Part shown: piece by piece, positions 1 through 8,759 of the stretch
Layout of the letters: every line of letters starts with the position of its first letter
How positions within the stretch are numbered: the stretch's first letter is position 1
Assembly (NCBI GenBank): GCA_964568835.1
Contig: CAZMRZ010000003.1
Location: 35,651-99,650, forward strand
Direction: 5' to 3'
Length of the DNA: 64,000 bases
Source: an uncultured Woeseiaceae bacterium
GTDB taxonomy: Bacteria; Pseudomonadota; Gammaproteobacteria; Steroidobacterales; Woeseiaceae
The notes under the pieces: model-generated
The model's input: the letters and a program-made list of their open reading frames with translations, nothing else
The model's database searches: none
What the model was told of the DNA's origin: nothing
Position numbers and translations under genes: made by a program

Positions 1-295
1 CGACCCGGTCGCGACGGCGAGCGCCTCGTTCGAATTCACGGTGTGGGTTTCCCCGGACGTTTCGGAGGAAATGTGCCCCCTACGGCGGCGAGTTTTGCAA
101 CATTCATGAGAGCGGTATGTGCGAACCACGGCGGTACGTTTGTTGCCCTAAGTGGCGGGTCATAGCCTAACGCCATTATTCATCACAATTGATCGCAAGC
201 TTTCCACCTTCAAGTCCCTTCCCGACCCCTATTGAACGGTGTAATTGATTCCGAAACCGGCCACAGACGGCCATCATTTTTCGGAGGAATTGATT

Positions 296-997
296 ATGCG
301 TAACACGACCACCCTTGCCACGCTTGCGATCCTGGCATTCACCACTCAAACGGCTTACGCCGAACCCACCAAAGAAGAAAATATCGGCGTTGGCTCTGGC
401 GCTGTCATTGGCGCACTGGCTGGCGGGCCTGTTGGCTTGATTATCGGCGCCGCGATCGGCGGCAAATTGGGCGACTCATTCGGTAACAAATCGGAACGGA
501 TCGAAAACCTGCAGAGTTCGCTGGAGAATTCCGAGGATTCTGTAGCCGATCTTGAGCGCGGTGTGGAAGAGCTTAGCGGTGAAATCGAGCACCTGCAGAA
601 TATCGCCAGCCCGGAACTCATCAGTCTTATGCAGGCTGGTATTAATATGGACCTGCTGTTTCGTACCGACGAGTTCGCGCTGACTGATACGACAGGTGAT
701 CGCTTCTCGCAGATGGCCGCGAGCCTCGCCGGTATGCCGGGCGTACGTATCAAGCTCGACGGTTTCGCCGACGAGCGCGGTGATGAGACGTATAACCACG
801 GACTATCGGAAAAACGCGTTGAATTCGTTCGTAAGCTCTTTGTTGCCGCTGGCGTGCATCCGACCCGTATCAGCAGCTCGGCTCACGGTGAAGCAGTAGC
901 ACAAGCGCCCGATGCCGACAGTTATGCGTTGGAGCGCCGGGTAAGCGTCAAGCTGTTTATCGATAACGCTGAGTCTGTAGCGTCCATCCCACGCTGA
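296..997 (+). CDS. OmpA-family envelope protein (signal peptide, glycine zipper, coiled coil, C-terminal OmpA-like peptidoglycan-binding domain)
   Basis: ORF 245..997. The internal ATG at 296 follows GGAGGA. Signal peptide MRNTTTLATLAILAFTTQTAYA. Glycine zipper GAVIGALAGGPVGLIIGAAIGG. The C-terminal LDGFADERGDETYNHGLSEKR...ALERRVSV matches the OmpA_C motif. Confidence 0.85.
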   Translation: MRNTTTLATLAILAFTTQTAYAEPTKEENIGVGSGAVIGALAGGPVGLIIGAAIGGKLGDSFGNKSERIENLQSSLENSEDSVADLERGVEELSGEIEHLQNIASPELISLMQAGINMDLLFRTDEFALTDTTGDRFSQMAASLAGMPGVRIKLDGFADERGDETYNHGLSEKRVEFVRKLFVAAGVHPTRISSSAHGEAVAQAPDADSYALERRVSVKLFIDNAESVASIPR

Positions 998-1036
998 TTC
1001 AAAGACTTCCCTGTGGCTCATCTCGAGCCTCCACCT

Positions 1037-1067
1037 GGGCCGGCCTGTAATGGGTCGGCCCTTTTTT
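1037..1067 (+). terminator. Rho-independent terminator after the OmpA-family gene
   Basis: GGGCCGGCC-TGTAATG-GGTCGGCCC stem-loop (9 bp including one G-U pair) followed by TTTTTT. Confidence 0.8.
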
Positions 1068-1126
1068 GTGGCGGATCTTCAATGCGATTGTTAGTGTTGC
1101 GCCCTGTTCGAAATCCGGAGTGACAC

Positions 1127-1474
1127 ATGACAGACCATCTGGCCGACCGGCGTTGCAAGCCCTGTGAGGGTGGAGTTGAGCCATTGCGTAGTGATCAAAC
1201 TGCCGCGCTGCTCGAAGCGCTGCATGCGGACTGGTCGCTCAGCGACGATGGTCTGCAAATCGAACGCATTTTCGAGTTTCCTGCCTATAGTCGTAGCCTC
1301 GGATTCGCAAATGCTGTGGCCTGGATTGCGATTGTCGAAGGGCATCATCCCGTGCTGACAGTGAATTATGGATCGTGTTCTGTCAGTTACACCACGCATG
1401 CAATCAATGGCTTGTCCGACAACGATTTTATTTGTGCAGCAAAGATCGATCGACTCGCGGCGGACTCCATTTAA
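1127..1474 (+). CDS. phhB: Pterin-4a-carbinolamine dehydratase (4a-hydroxytetrahydrobiopterin dehydratase)
   Basis: 115-aa ORF. CKPCEGG...L near the N-terminus and the EGHHPVLTVNYGSCSVSYTTH core are typical of the PCD/DCoH family. Confidence 0.9.
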   Translation: MTDHLADRRCKPCEGGVEPLRSDQTAALLEALHADWSLSDDGLQIERIFEFPAYSRSLGFANAVAWIAIVEGHHPVLTVNYGSCSVSYTTHAINGLSDNDFICAAKIDRLAADSI

Positions 1475-2448
1475 TGGTCGAAATCGCCGACATTGAAGAA
1501 GCGGCTGCTCGTCTTGAAGGCGTGAGCATTCGAACACCATTGCTGCAAAGCTTCGAACTCGATCAGATCGCAGGTGGCAAAGTACTGATCAAACCCGAGT
1601 GTTTGCAGGTAACCGGCTCATTCAAAATTCGCGGCGCCTACAACCGTTTGAAGCAGTTGACGCCGGATCAGGCGCGCAACGGCGTCGTTGCATGGTCTTC
1701 CGGTAACCATGCTCAAGGCGTGGCTGCGGCCGGTTCGATGCTCGGTATTCGGACGACTATTGTGATGCCGGATGACGCACCTCAAGCCAAATTGGAAAAC
1801 ACCAAGCGGCTGGGTGGCGAGGTCGTTACGTACGATCGTTACGCGGGGGACCGGGAGGCGATTGCGAGAAAGATCGCTGCGGAACGCGATGCGGAGTTGG
1901 TACCGTCGTATGACCACGAACATATTATCGCGGGCCAGGGCACGGCGGGTCTGGAACTGGCCGATGATGCAAACAGCTTGGGATTGCCTCCCGACCAGGT
2001 GTTGATTCCCTGTGGTGGCGGCGGATTGTCGTCAGGATGTTCAATCGCGATCAAGTCGAGGTTACCCAGTGCGAAAATTTACGCGGTGGAGCCGGAGGAT
2101 TTCGATGATACGGCGCGTTCGTTTGCTGCGGCAGAGCGCCTGCGAATTGACGATTCAGCAAGATCCATTTGCGATGCTTTGCAAACACCCTCTCCGGGTG
2201 TTCTGACTTTCGATATCAACAAGAAGCTATTGTCGGGTGTGTTAACCGTCACTGATGATGAGGTTCGCGATGCCATTCGCTTCGCTTTCAAGAATCTGAA
2301 GCTCGTCGTCGAACCCGGTGGTGCTGTGGCCCTGGCTGCGGTGTTGTCCGGCAATTTAGATACGGCAGGAAAAACGACTGCCATCGTCATCAGCGGCGGC
2401 AATATTGACGTTGATCTGTTCGGTGAGATTCAGGCGGAGCCGAAATGA
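1474..2448 (+). CDS. PLP-dependent threonine/serine dehydratase family enzyme (short form, no ACT regulatory domain)
   Basis: The ATG at 1474 overlaps the phhB stop (TAATG). PLP-lysine motif TGSFKIRGAYN, plus SSGNHAQGVA and GGGGLSSG loops. The 1375..1473 upstream extension of the ORF looks non-coding. Confidence 0.85.
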   Translation: MVEIADIEEAAARLEGVSIRTPLLQSFELDQIAGGKVLIKPECLQVTGSFKIRGAYNRLKQLTPDQARNGVVAWSSGNHAQGVAAAGSMLGIRTTIVMPDDAPQAKLENTKRLGGEVVTYDRYAGDREAIARKIAAERDAELVPSYDHEHIIAGQGTAGLELADDANSLGLPPDQVLIPCGGGGLSSGCSIAIKSRLPSAKIYAVEPEDFDDTARSFAAAERLRIDDSARSICDALQTPSPGVLTFDINKKLLSGVLTVTDDEVRDAIRFAFKNLKLVVEPGGAVALAAVLSGNLDTAGKTTAIVISGGNIDVDLFGEIQAEPK

Positions 2449-3200
2449 GCGCGCCGCAGGAGTTTTCGTGCGGCAGAAGGCGGTTTGTTAGTTGAGGTGG
2501 ATGACGTCGATTTCCGTCGACGTTGAGGCCAGGCGTCGAGCCATGCGGTGATTTTTTCAATTTGCTCGACATCGGGCCTGACGCGCGACGGCTGCATTTC
2601 GCAAACGCCGACACCTTCCTCTGCTGAACGCACGAAATTTTGCGTGTCACGCAGTACAGCGATGATAGGAATGCCCAGTGAATCCAGAAATCGCATCAAC
2701 GTGGCAAGACTCTTGGTATTTTTGCGCGTTCGATTGGCGATAACGGCAAGCTTGCGGTCGCGCCTGTCGACTTTCGCAACCAACAACAGATCGGCAATAC
2801 ACCGTGATGCTGCGTGAATATCCATCGACGAGGGCAGGACGGGAACAAGAATGCTGGTCGAATCACGGGTGAGCTCGCGAAGATCGTCATGATCGACACT
2901 CGCCGGCGAATCGATGAACAGCGTTTCGGTCTCGTTGGGTACCCGCAGCTGCCAACTGCGCGTCGCCTGCATCGACTTCTTGTAGGCGGCGATGCCGTGA
3001 ATGGTCGGAAGATCGTCCGGCCGACGCTCCAACCAGCCCATCGTAGAGCCCTGAGGGTCGTAGTCCATAACAGCGGGAACGTTGCCACGATTGGCGTAGC
3101 AGGCGGCTAGATTGGTCGCAAGCGTGGACTTACCGCATCCACCCTTGGGGTTGAGGATGACGATTTTGTTGAGATTATCTTGTCGCGGAGTAATCAGCAT
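2430..3200 (-). CDS. ParA/MinD-family P-loop ATPase (orphan; basic C-terminal tail)
   Basis: Deviant Walker A NPKGGCGKSTLATNLA. The ORF extends to 3299, and I prefer the ATG at 3200 (MLITPRQDNLNKIVIL...). The ATG at 3299 remains possible. No ParB-like gene is adjacent. Confidence 0.8.
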   Translation of the reverse strand: MLITPRQDNLNKIVILNPKGGCGKSTLATNLAACYANRGNVPAVMDYDPQGSTMGWLERRPDDLPTIHGIAAYKKSMQATRSWQLRVPNETETLFIDSPASVDHDDLRELTRDSTSILVPVLPSSMDIHAASRCIADLLLVAKVDRRDRKLAVIANRTRKNTKSLATLMRFLDSLGIPIIAVLRDTQNFVRSAEEGVGVCEMQPSRVRPDVEQIEKITAWLDAWPQRRRKSTSSTSTNKPPSAARKLLRRAHFGSA

Positions 3201-3320
3201 GTTCCCAATGTCGCCCAAAATCGAGGGGATTTCGTTGTACCAGTTCACATAATACTGGAAATAGTGCGGTGGGAGAAACTGACTGTAACGGGTTGGCATT
3301 CAACATTGAGAGTTGCGATG

Positions 3321-3707
3321 TTACTGATGATGCCGCTGTGAATGCAGGAACTGGTGGGCCTTTCGCAGCCACAGGCAGGTTTTGCAGCTACAGCCTCGCG
3401 GGTGATTTTCAACGTGGGTCTGCCGAAGATAGTCGGCAGCGATCGACAATGCGTCCAGCAAAGCAGGCAGCGGGTCGTCGTCAGGAGGGAGTCCGTCTTG
3501 CTGCGCTTGAGTTCGACTAAGGCTTAGCCAGGAACAGGCTCTGCCAAACTGACATGAGTCGCAGGATTCGGCGCTTGAAGAGAAACTGCCCTGAAACTCG
3601 CAGTGCGTGAAATCGACGTCACGCTCAATAACCCAGCGTGGATATTCGAGCAGGCTTTCTACATAGCCCGTGAATGTGCGGGTATTGCGGCCCGTCAGCG
3701 TCGTCAT
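3321..3707 (-). CDS. Hypothetical Cys-rich protein (C-x12-C-x2-C-x5-C ... C-x-C-x2-C), upstream partner of the ParA-like gene
   Basis: 128-aa ORF, co-directional with and immediately upstream of the ParA-like ATPase. It has seven Cys in two clusters. I recognise no family. Confidence 0.55.
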   Translation of the reverse strand: MTTLTGRNTRTFTGYVESLLEYPRWVIERDVDFTHCEFQGSFSSSAESCDSCQFGRACSWLSLSRTQAQQDGLPPDDDPLPALLDALSIAADYLRQTHVENHPRGCSCKTCLWLRKAHQFLHSQRHHQ

Positions 3708-3820
3708 AGCAAGTCCACCCTAATAAAAGCTTAGTGGATAGGTCTTCGGCCGGGCAATTCGGAATATTACGTAGTTGTCAGTTCGAGTCTCGACTATGAC
3801 ACTCAAGCTCAAAAGTGCGG

Positions 3821-5683
3821 CTAGAACATCTCACTTGGGCCCGGTGTGTCGTCACTGGGTTTTGAGCGACTTTTGATGTGATCGCCGGTGATCATGTTCT
3901 CGTAACTCTGTCCCGGGCCCACCATCGGATACACGCCGGCATCCCGGTCAATTATGACCTCGAGAAATGCAGGGCCCTTAAAGTCCATGAATTCGCGGAT
4001 CATAGCTGGCAACTCATCTTTGTTTTCAAGGCGTTTCGCGAATTTGAAACCGTCTGCCTCGGCGGCTTTGACGAAGTTCTTGGCGTGCAGAGACTTGTCG
4101 CTACCTGACATACGGCCATCGAAATACAGTTTTTGCCATTGCCGAACCATTCCGTCGCCGAAATTGTTGAGTACAATGACTTTTACAGGTTGTTCATAGG
4201 TGGTCACGGTTTCGAGCTCGCCGATATTCATGCGGATACTCGCATCACCGTCAATGTCGATTACCACGCGGTCGGGCTGGGCGAACTGGGCGCCGATCGC
4301 CGCAGGTAATCCAAAGCCCATCGTGCCCATACTGCCGGACGTCAGCCAAAGTCGCGGTTCCCGAAAATCGAAATACTGTGCAGCCCACATCTGGTGTTGG
4401 CCCACACCGGTTGAAATGATGGCTTCGCCCTTCGAGTGTTTGTTGATCTCCTCGATAACAGCGTAGGGCTGAATGAGGTCGCTGTTGCGATCATAATTCA
4501 TGGCATGTTCGCTCTTGAGATGAGCGATTTCTTCGTGCCAGGTTTCGAATGACTTCTTGAACTTGATGCGACGGCCGTATTCGAGCATGTCCTCCAGATC
4601 TGTCTGCAACATGCCGACATGATGCCAATTGACGCGCTTCACTTTGCCGATCTCGGCGGAGTCGACGTCGAATTGCGCAATGTTTTTTGCTCTCGGGCTG
4701 AACTGGGAAGGGTTGCCCGCGACCCGGTCATCAAAACGCGCGCCAACCGCGATCAGAAAATCGCAATCCTCGACCGCGTAGTTTGCCGACGCAACGCCAT
4801 GCATACCCAGCATGTGAAGTGCCAGCGGATGCTTGGTATCGCTGGCACCGAGGGCCATCAACGTCGTGGTGACCGGGATGCCGTATTCGTTCGCCAGACG
4901 TCGCATTGCCTTGGTTGCATTAGCGTTGATAACACCGCCGCCCGCATAGATGAGCGGGCGCCGCGATTCGGCCAGCATTGTATAAAAGCGCTCACAGGCT
5001 TCGCTGGTGAGCCGGTTTGCAACGACGGCATCAAGTCGCCGCCGGTAGCCGTGTAAGGGCAGCGCGCCCTGTCCCTTAAACGTACCTTCCCAATTTTGCA
5101 CATCCTTCGGAATGTCGACGACGACGGGCCCGGGGCGACCCGTGCGTGCGAGCTCAAATGCGCTACGCATCGTGTCTTCCAATTGTTCGGCATCCGTAAC
5201 CAGGAATACGTGTTTGGCCACGGCGCCCATGATCGCTGCGACCGGCGCTTCCTGAAAGGCATCAGTACCGATAGCCGCCGTTGGAACCTGGCCACAGACG
5301 ACCACCAATGGGACCGAATCCGCCATGCTGTCACGCACGGGCGTAACCGTGTTGGTCGCGCCGGGTCCGGATGTCACCATGACGACACCGACTTTTCCGC
5401 TGGCCCGGGCGTATCCCGCTGCCATGAATCCGGCACCCTGTTCGTTCGCCGGAACGATCAGCGGAATCGCAGATGAGCCGTCCGCGCGCTTGTGCTCGTG
5501 GTTGTAGCGGAACACAGCGTCGTAGATGGGCAAAATAGCGCCGCCGCTGTAGCCGAAAATCGTATCGACGCCTTCGTCAGCCAATACCTGGACAACCGTA
5601 TCAGCCCCACTCATCTGCTTTCCGCTGAGAGGGTGTGACTCTACGCGAGCCGTGTTTGTATGCTCATTCATTGATTTCTGCAA
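3821..5683 (-). CDS. ilvB: Acetolactate synthase (acetohydroxy-acid synthase) large catalytic subunit (ilvB/ilvI type)
   Basis: ThDP-enzyme motifs GYSGGAILPIYDA, MVTSGPGATN, GTDAFQE, GSMGTMGFGLPAAIGA, IDGDASIRMN and NNFGDGMVRQWQ. The start is ambiguous: TTG 5683, ATG 5671 or ATG 5614 (MSGADTVVQVL...). Confidence 0.93.
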   Translation of the reverse strand: MQKSMNEHTNTARVESHPLSGKQMSGADTVVQVLADEGVDTIFGYSGGAILPIYDAVFRYNHEHKRADGSSAIPLIVPANEQGAGFMAAGYARASGKVGVVMVTSGPGATNTVTPVRDSMADSVPLVVVCGQVPTAAIGTDAFQEAPVAAIMGAVAKHVFLVTDAEQLEDTMRSAFELARTGRPGPVVVDIPKDVQNWEGTFKGQGALPLHGYRRRLDAVVANRLTSEACERFYTMLAESRRPLIYAGGGVINANATKAMRRLANEYGIPVTTTLMALGASDTKHPLALHMLGMHGVASANYAVEDCDFLIAVGARFDDRVAGNPSQFSPRAKNIAQFDVDSAEIGKVKRVNWHHVGMLQTDLEDMLEYGRRIKFKKSFETWHEEIAHLKSEHAMNYDRNSDLIQPYAVIEEINKHSKGEAIISTGVGQHQMWAAQYFDFREPRLWLTSGSMGTMGFGLPAAIGAQFAQPDRVVIDIDGDASIRMNIGELETVTTYEQPVKVIVLNNFGDGMVRQWQKLYFDGRMSGSDKSLHAKNFVKAAEADGFKFAKRLENKDELPAMIREFMDFKGPAFLEVIIDRDAGVYPMVGPGQSYENMITGDHIKSRSKPSDDTPGPSEMF

Positions 5684-5842
5684 TTATCTGCATAAGTAAC
5701 GGATTTTGGGCGAGTGTTTACTAAATTTTATGGCATTGCAATACTCGAACTTCTGCGCCACCATCCGCCCTGTATCACGGGCCAAATTGGTTTCATTCGT
5801 AATTCATTTGTTGTGCATTTTCAGGGTCAGGTTTTAACGCTC

Positions 5843-6364
5843 ATGCGACACGCAATATCAGTCCTTCTGCAAAACGAGGTTGGCGCTTTGACGCGTATGA
5901 CCGGCATGTTTTCCTCTCGCAGTTACAACATTGAAACGCTCAATGTAGCGCCAACTTACGATCCCCGCGTGTCCCGTGTGACATTGGTTGTATCTGGCTC
6001 GGACGCTGCGATCGCGCAACTGAACGCACAGCTGGCGAAGCTCGTCGATGTGGTCAATATCCACGATATGACGCTTGGGGAGCACTTCGAACGCGAACTT
6101 GCCATCGTCAAAATCAAGCTCGGAACCGGCGGTCTTGCCCGGGTGCTGTCGCTGGTGAAACAGTTCAACGCCGAGATACTGGACGAGGCGCAGATCAGCT
6201 GCACCGTGCAACTCACGGGGCGGGTGAAAGATATTGATGCTTTTGTCGTCGAGGCGGCGGACATTGGCGAAATATCCGCCGTCGCGCGCAGCGGTTCAGT
6301 CGCGGTTTCAAAAGGCGAAGTTACGCTGACATCTTTCGATCGTCAGCACCTTCTCGTTGGCTAG
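5843..6364 (+). CDS. ilvN: Acetolactate synthase small regulatory subunit (ACT domain; ilvN/ilvH type)
   Basis: ATG at 5843. MRHAISVLLQNEVGALTRMTGMFSSRSYNIETLNVAPT is the canonical small-subunit ACT N-terminus. It is transcribed divergently from the large subunit. Confidence 0.9.
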   Translation: MRHAISVLLQNEVGALTRMTGMFSSRSYNIETLNVAPTYDPRVSRVTLVVSGSDAAIAQLNAQLAKLVDVVNIHDMTLGEHFERELAIVKIKLGTGGLARVLSLVKQFNAEILDEAQISCTVQLTGRVKDIDAFVVEAADIGEISAVARSGSVAVSKGEVTLTSFDRQHLLVG

Positions 6365-6367
6365 CCT

Positions 6368-7492
6368 GTGTCGGGGCTGGTTCTCACTGACTATCGCCGA
6401 CTGGTCATTAAGGTCGGTTCGTCGCTGCTGGTTGATGATACCGGCAAACTAAATCGATCCTGGCTGGATAAGCTCGCCGATGACGTCGCGAGCCTCAAGG
6501 CCACCGGCCATGAAGTACTGATTGTGTCATCGGGCGCGATAGCGATCGGTAGCTCGGTACTCGGAATTAATAAACGACGGGCTCGACTGGAAGAACTGCA
6601 AGCGGCGGCTGCCGCAGGGCAGGTACAACTGGTACATGCTTACCAGGAGGCGTTGCGGCGACATGATATCGCGGCGGCACAGGTGTTATTGACGCCAGAC
6701 GATACCGAAGACAGGCGACGTTTCCTGAACGCTCGTCGTACACTGGGAAAATTGATCGAATGCTCGGTGGTGCCTGTTATCAACGAGAATGATACCGTTG
6801 CTACCGAAGAAATTCGTTACGGTGACAATGATCGACTCGCCGCGAGGATCGCGCAATTGGTCATGGCCGATGCGCTGATTCTCCTGTCCGACGTCGACGG
6901 TTTTTATACGGCCGATCCGGGCGCGTTTGAAGACGCCGAACACATTCCCGAAGTCAGTAGCATTAGCAACGACATGTTGGCGATGGCGGGCGAGACGCGT
7001 TCGGATGTCGGGACTGGCGGCATGGCAACCAAGGTACAAGCCGCGAGTATCGCGACGCACGCGGGTTGCTCGACGATCATTGCGAGCGGTGTTATCTCAA
7101 ACCCGCTACAGGCCTTGAGCGCCGGGGCACGATGCACCGTCTTTCACGCATCAGCGACGCCCGCAGCGGCGCGTAAGCAATGGCTTGCCGGTGTTCTCGA
7201 GGTTAGAGGCGAACTTCAAATTGACGACGGTGCCGTGCAAGCACTGCGAGACGGCGGTAGCTTGTTACCCGTTGGTGTCGCTGCCGTACGCGGCGATTTT
7301 CGACGTGGCGATGTGGTTTCACTGAAAAGCGCGGCAGGCGATAATGTCGGACGTGGCATGGCGGAATACTCCGCAGACGAGGCGCGGCGACTGGTGGGAA
7401 TTCGATCCGACAAGATCGCTGCGGTGCTCGGCTACGGTGGACGTGCCACCATGGTGCATCGCGACGAACTGGTTTTGTTTGAAAATGACTGA
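6368..7492 (+). CDS. proB: Glutamate 5-kinase (with C-terminal PUA domain)
   Basis: GTG start 3 nt after the ilvN stop. Motifs VIKVGSSLL, IVSSGAIA, NENDTV, GDNDRLAA and GTGGMATK, with a PUA-like C-terminus. Confidence 0.93.
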   Translation: MSGLVLTDYRRLVIKVGSSLLVDDTGKLNRSWLDKLADDVASLKATGHEVLIVSSGAIAIGSSVLGINKRRARLEELQAAAAAGQVQLVHAYQEALRRHDIAAAQVLLTPDDTEDRRRFLNARRTLGKLIECSVVPVINENDTVATEEIRYGDNDRLAARIAQLVMADALILLSDVDGFYTADPGAFEDAEHIPEVSSISNDMLAMAGETRSDVGTGGMATKVQAASIATHAGCSTIIASGVISNPLQALSAGARCTVFHASATPAAARKQWLAGVLEVRGELQIDDGAVQALRDGGSLLPVGVAAVRGDFRRGDVVSLKSAAGDNVGRGMAEYSADEARRLVGIRSDKIAAVLGYGGRATMVHRDELVLFEND

Positions 7493-8759
7493 AGACCTTA
7501 CTGATATTGCGGGCGACATGGTCGCTATGGGTAAAGCCGCTCGAGCAGCGTCCGCCGAGCTTGCGAGTTGTTCGGGTGAGCAGCGTGATTTGGCATTGCG
7601 CTGCGCAGCCGTAGCGCTGCGTTCGAACGCCGACTCAATTCTTGCAGCGAACCAAAACGATCTGACGGAGGCCCGCAAGCGGGGATGCAGCGCGTCGGTG
7701 CTCGATCGCCTGATGCTTGACGAAGAACGGATCGAGGCCATTGCCGGTAGCCTGGAGGCAATTAGTGAAATACCGGATCCGGTCGGCCGTGTCATGGCCG
7801 AATGGGAGCGACCCAACGGACTAAAGATCCAGCGAGTTGCCGTCCCACTTGGCGTTATCGGCATCATCTATGAGAGTCGTCCAAACGTGACGGCTGACGC
7901 CGCCGCTTTATGCGTGAAATCAGGAAATGCGGCGATATTGCGAGGCGGTTCCGAGAGCTTTCACTCGAGTCAGGCCATCTACAAGTGCATGCGCGAGGGG
8001 CTCGAAGAAGCCGATATCAATGTCGACAGTATCCAGATGGTGCCAACGCGAGATCGCGCCGCCGTCGGCTATTTGTTGTCATCGATGTCACAGTGGGTCG
8101 ACGTTGTTGTTCCCCGCGGTGGAAAGAGCCTGATCAAACGCGTGCAGGATGAAGCCAGAGTTCCCGTCATTGGGCACCTTGAAGGGATTTGTCACGTCTA
8201 CCTGCATTCCTCAGCCGATGCCGCGATCGCGCGCGATGTCGTGTTGAACGCGAAGATGCGTCGCACCGGCATTTGCGGTGCCGCCGAAACGGTTTTGGTT
8301 GATGCCGATGTCGCGCCGCGACTTTTGCCGGACGTTTGTCAGGCGCTTTTCGAGGCCGGTTGCGAAATTCGTGGCGATGAGAATGTTGTTTCCTTGATAA
8401 GCGGAGCGATAGAAGCCAGCGAAGAGGACTGGTCGACGGAATATTTGGATTCGATCGTCTCAATACGAATTGTCGACAACATTGACTCGGCGATGGAACA
8501 CATCGCGACCTACGGTTCGGGTCATACCGAAAGCATAATCGCGGCAGATTCCGACGCTGCGGAGAAATTTCTAAGGACGGTGGACAGTGCGATCGTCCTG
8601 CATAATGCGTCGACGCAATTTGCAGATGGTGGTGAGTTTGGCATGGGTGCAGAAATAGGTATTGCTACAGGTCGCGTGCACGCGCGCGGCCCGGTAGGTG
8701 CTGAACAGTTGACGATTTACAAATACGTCGTTCGTGGGACCGGCCAGGTACGACCCTGA
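7485..8759 (+). CDS. proA: Gamma-glutamyl phosphate reductase
   Basis: The ATG at 7485 overlaps the proB stop (ATGACTGA). IYESRPNVT, the catalytic-Cys region RTGICGAAETVLV, and HGSGHTESI are present. Confidence 0.93.
   Translation: MTEDLTDIAGDMVAMGKAARAASAELASCSGEQRDLALRCAAVALRSNADSILAANQNDLTEARKRGCSASVLDRLMLDEERIEAIAGSLEAISEIPDPVGRVMAEWERPNGLKIQRVAVPLGVIGIIYESRPNVTADAAALCVKSGNAAILRGGSESFHSSQAIYKCMREGLEEADINVDSIQMVPTRDRAAVGYLLSSMSQWVDVVVPRGGKSLIKRVQDEARVPVIGHLEGICHVYLHSSADAAIARDVVLNAKMRRTGICGAAETVLVDADVAPRLLPDVCQALFEAGCEIRGDENVVSLISGAIEASEEDWSTEYLDSIVSIRIVDNIDSAMEHIATYGSGHTESIIAADSDAAEKFLRTVDSAIVLHNASTQFADGGEFGMGAEIGIATGRVHARGPVGAEQLTIYKYVVRGTGQVRP

Noticed and set aside
1-165. An open frame-1 reading (RPGRDGERLVRIHGVGFPGRF...ALSGGS*) that could be the 3' end of a gene starting upstream of the window.
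   Set aside because: Only 54 codons are visible, with no recognisable motif, and the ORF track does not list it. This is insufficient evidence to call a partial CDS.
3760-3795. A GTTCGAGTCTCGAC segment resembling a tRNA T-arm (GGTTCGAxTCC) downstream of the acetolactate synthase gene.
   Set aside because: I could not build an acceptor stem, anticodon arm or D-arm around it. It is more simply an imperfect hairpin in the 3' region of ilvB.
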